From Octopus sinensis (taxonomy: Eukaryota): a stretch of 64,000 bases of DNA. This document shows, piece after piece, positions 63,118 through 64,000 of the stretch. Positions within the stretch are counted from its first letter, which is position 1; each line of letters starts with the position of its first letter. The DNA lies in assembly GCF_006345805.1 (NCBI RefSeq), contig NC_043015.1:46128001-46192000 (forward strand), written 5' to 3'. A model generated the notes under the pieces. The model was not told the origin of the DNA. It ran no database searches and was given only the letters and a program-made list of their open reading frames with translations. A program made the translations under genes and the position numbers.

Positions 63118-64000
63118 CGACAGGCTTCTTTCAGTTTCCGTCTACTAAATCCACTCACAAGGCTTTGGTCAGCCCGAGGCTATAGCATAAGACACTTGCC
63201 CAAAATGCCACGCAGTGGGACTGAACCCAGAACCATGTGGTTGCTTTGCAAGCTTCTTACCGCACAGCCACTCCTGCGCCTAACTGTCATGCGATATCAT
63301 CTGTCAAATCCAATCGATGCTTTGGTCAGCCCAAGGCTTTAGCACAAGTGTGATACACAAGATGTCACACAGTGGGACTGAACCCAAAGCCACATAACTA
63401 GGAAACCAACTTCTTAATTATACACACTGTTCTTTGACTAGCCTCAGTCATTAGACTGGTTGTACTAGGGTACCTCCTTCTTGAACAAAGTCAGTCAGTC
63501 AAGGCGGCGCTGGCATCGGCCATGCACCATCCGAATCGTGACCGATGCCAGCGCCGCCTTGACTGGCTTCCGTGCCTGTGGAACATAAAATGCACCAATC
63601 CGATCGTGGCCGTTGCCAGCCTCGCCTGGCACCTGTGCCGGTGGCATGTAAAAAGCACCCAAAACACTCACGGAGTGGTTGGCGTTAGGAAGGGCATCCA
63701 GCTGTAGAAACACTGCCAGATCAGACTGGAGCCTGGTGCAGCCTCCTGGCTTCCCAGATCCCCGGTCGAACCGTCCAACCCATGCTAGCATGGAGAACGG
63801 ACGTTAAACGATGATGATGATGATGAGTTCAATGAGGATGAAAGGTGAAAGGTAACATGAATCTGGGTAGCTTCTTGAACTGAGGACACAAAGAGACAAG
63901 CAAATATTCCAAGGTATTTTATCTGATTCTCTAACAATTCAATCTCCACCTGACATAAATACTTTATTAATTTCTGGTTTTCTTCTTTTACAGAGTGAAA

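Noticed and set aside
5374-63791. Recurrent ORFs such as FLQLDALPNANHSVSVVGAFYVPP, CPRCHAVGLNPEPCGW, MLQHGRSQMTET and IYRPRKDERQSR
   Set aside because: They are translations of non-coding SINE and LINE-UTR repeats recurring at many loci, with no splice context.

Overview
Repeat-dense, AT-rich animal genomic DNA. The SINE, LINE and MITE families look like those of octopod cephalopods (Octopus-like); this assignment is from recall and was not checked against a database. The main feature is an EMSY (BRCA2-interacting transcriptional repressor, ENT domain) orthologue on the minus strand. I assembled 14 coding exons by hand (25416 down to 380), all with GT-AG boundaries and consistent splice phases: 2107 nt, 702 codons. 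The 3' end is unresolved and probably runs off the window start. A probable non-coding first exon and promoter zone lies in the repeat-poor 45.2-49.0 kb region, which also holds a weakly supported divergent plus-strand gene. The rest is tRNA-derived SINEs, 5'-truncated RTE and CR1 LINE ends, piggyBac-, hAT- and other MITEs, and microsatellites; nearly all other ORF-track entries are repeat artefacts. The best leads are: (1) two long palindromes carrying Penelope-type minimal hammerhead motifs; (2) inverted repeats bracketing EMSY exons (circRNA/ADAR architecture); (3) an inverted duplication with outward-facing splice donors between the two genes; (4) a GC-rich structured island with a cUUCGg hairpin; (5) headless tandem SINE multimers sharing one junction. 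I found no clearly novel multi-gene system.
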